A DNA stretch of 64,000 bases from Pirellulales bacterium (lineage in GTDB: Bacteria; Planctomycetota; Planctomycetia; Pirellulales; PALSA-1355), in assembly GCA_963733035.1 (NCBI GenBank), contig CAVTBU010000005.1, positions 2,080,001-2,144,000 of the forward strand, read 5' to 3'. Under the pieces are notes generated by a model. That model was given only the letters and a program-made list of their open reading frames with translations, had not been told where the DNA came from and ran no database searches. This document shows, in pieces, positions 63,692 to 64,000 of this stretch; within the stretch, counting starts at the first letter, position 1; every line of letters starts with the position of its first letter. The translations under genes were made by a program, and so were the position numbers.

Positions 63692-63894
63692 AACTACTCA
63701 CAGCGCATAATCGCCGTATAAAGCCCTGGCGATCGACCACCTCCAGGCTTTTGTTTTGCGCAAGGCCCCTCGTTTCTGCTGGCAAACGAGGTGGGTACCC
63801 GGGGCCGGTCAAACCGTTTCCCCTCACTTCCGCCCGTCTATAATGCTCGCGGCGGAAACGCTAAGGCGGGATCAGACCACGTGGAGTACCCAGA

Positions 63895-64000
63895 ATGGCA
63901 ATCGACAGCACAGGTCCGGCCGCCACGCTCGAGTGGCAGGATCGCCTCGACAACATCATGGATATGATGCGCGAAATGAGCCGGCACACAGACCCGCAGG
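63895..64000 (+). CDS. 5' part of a gene cut off by the window edge; possibly a PP2C/SpoIIE-type phosphatase
   Basis: GGAG SD; open frame MAIDSTGPAATLEWQDRLDNIMDMMREMSRHTDPQ; the product is a weak recollection only. Confidence 0.45.
   Translation, partial: MAIDSTGPAATLEWQDRLDNIMDMMREMSRHTDPQ

Overview
This looks like core chromosome from a GC-rich Planctomycete, probably Pirellulales-like. That call is inferred from the PVC-type EF-Tu switch I sequence, PEP-CTERM, SHD1 and PQQ-propeller proteins, a sulfatase and Cys-rich secreted proteins. Housekeeping content: a Thr-Tyr-Gly-Thr-tuf-Trp-secE cluster, an unusually long sigma-70 factor, rpmA-obgE-coaX-mnmE, rlmI, rlmN, ftsH and dxr-rseP. Accessory content: a circularly permuted ATP-grasp/alpha-E/transglutaminase module, an Hsp70 paired with a J-like/MshEN protein, and an ECF sigma/anti-sigma locus. 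Two items stand out. (1) A translationally coupled operon at 25.9-28.3 kb encodes a TetR regulator, a SAM methyltransferase and an HgcAB-like corrinoid/membrane/ferredoxin fusion, with its own palindromic operator. (2) An unannotated ~260-nt transcription unit at 33.27-33.57 kb has a promoter, nested hairpins with a possible long-range pseudoknot, an extended Shine-Dalgarno, a 10-codon ORF and a terminator. At least seven genes, including normally essential obgE and ftsH, carry apparent small frameshifts, most likely assembly indel errors. No rRNA, CRISPR array or mobile element was seen. All calls come from reading the sequence; no searches were run.
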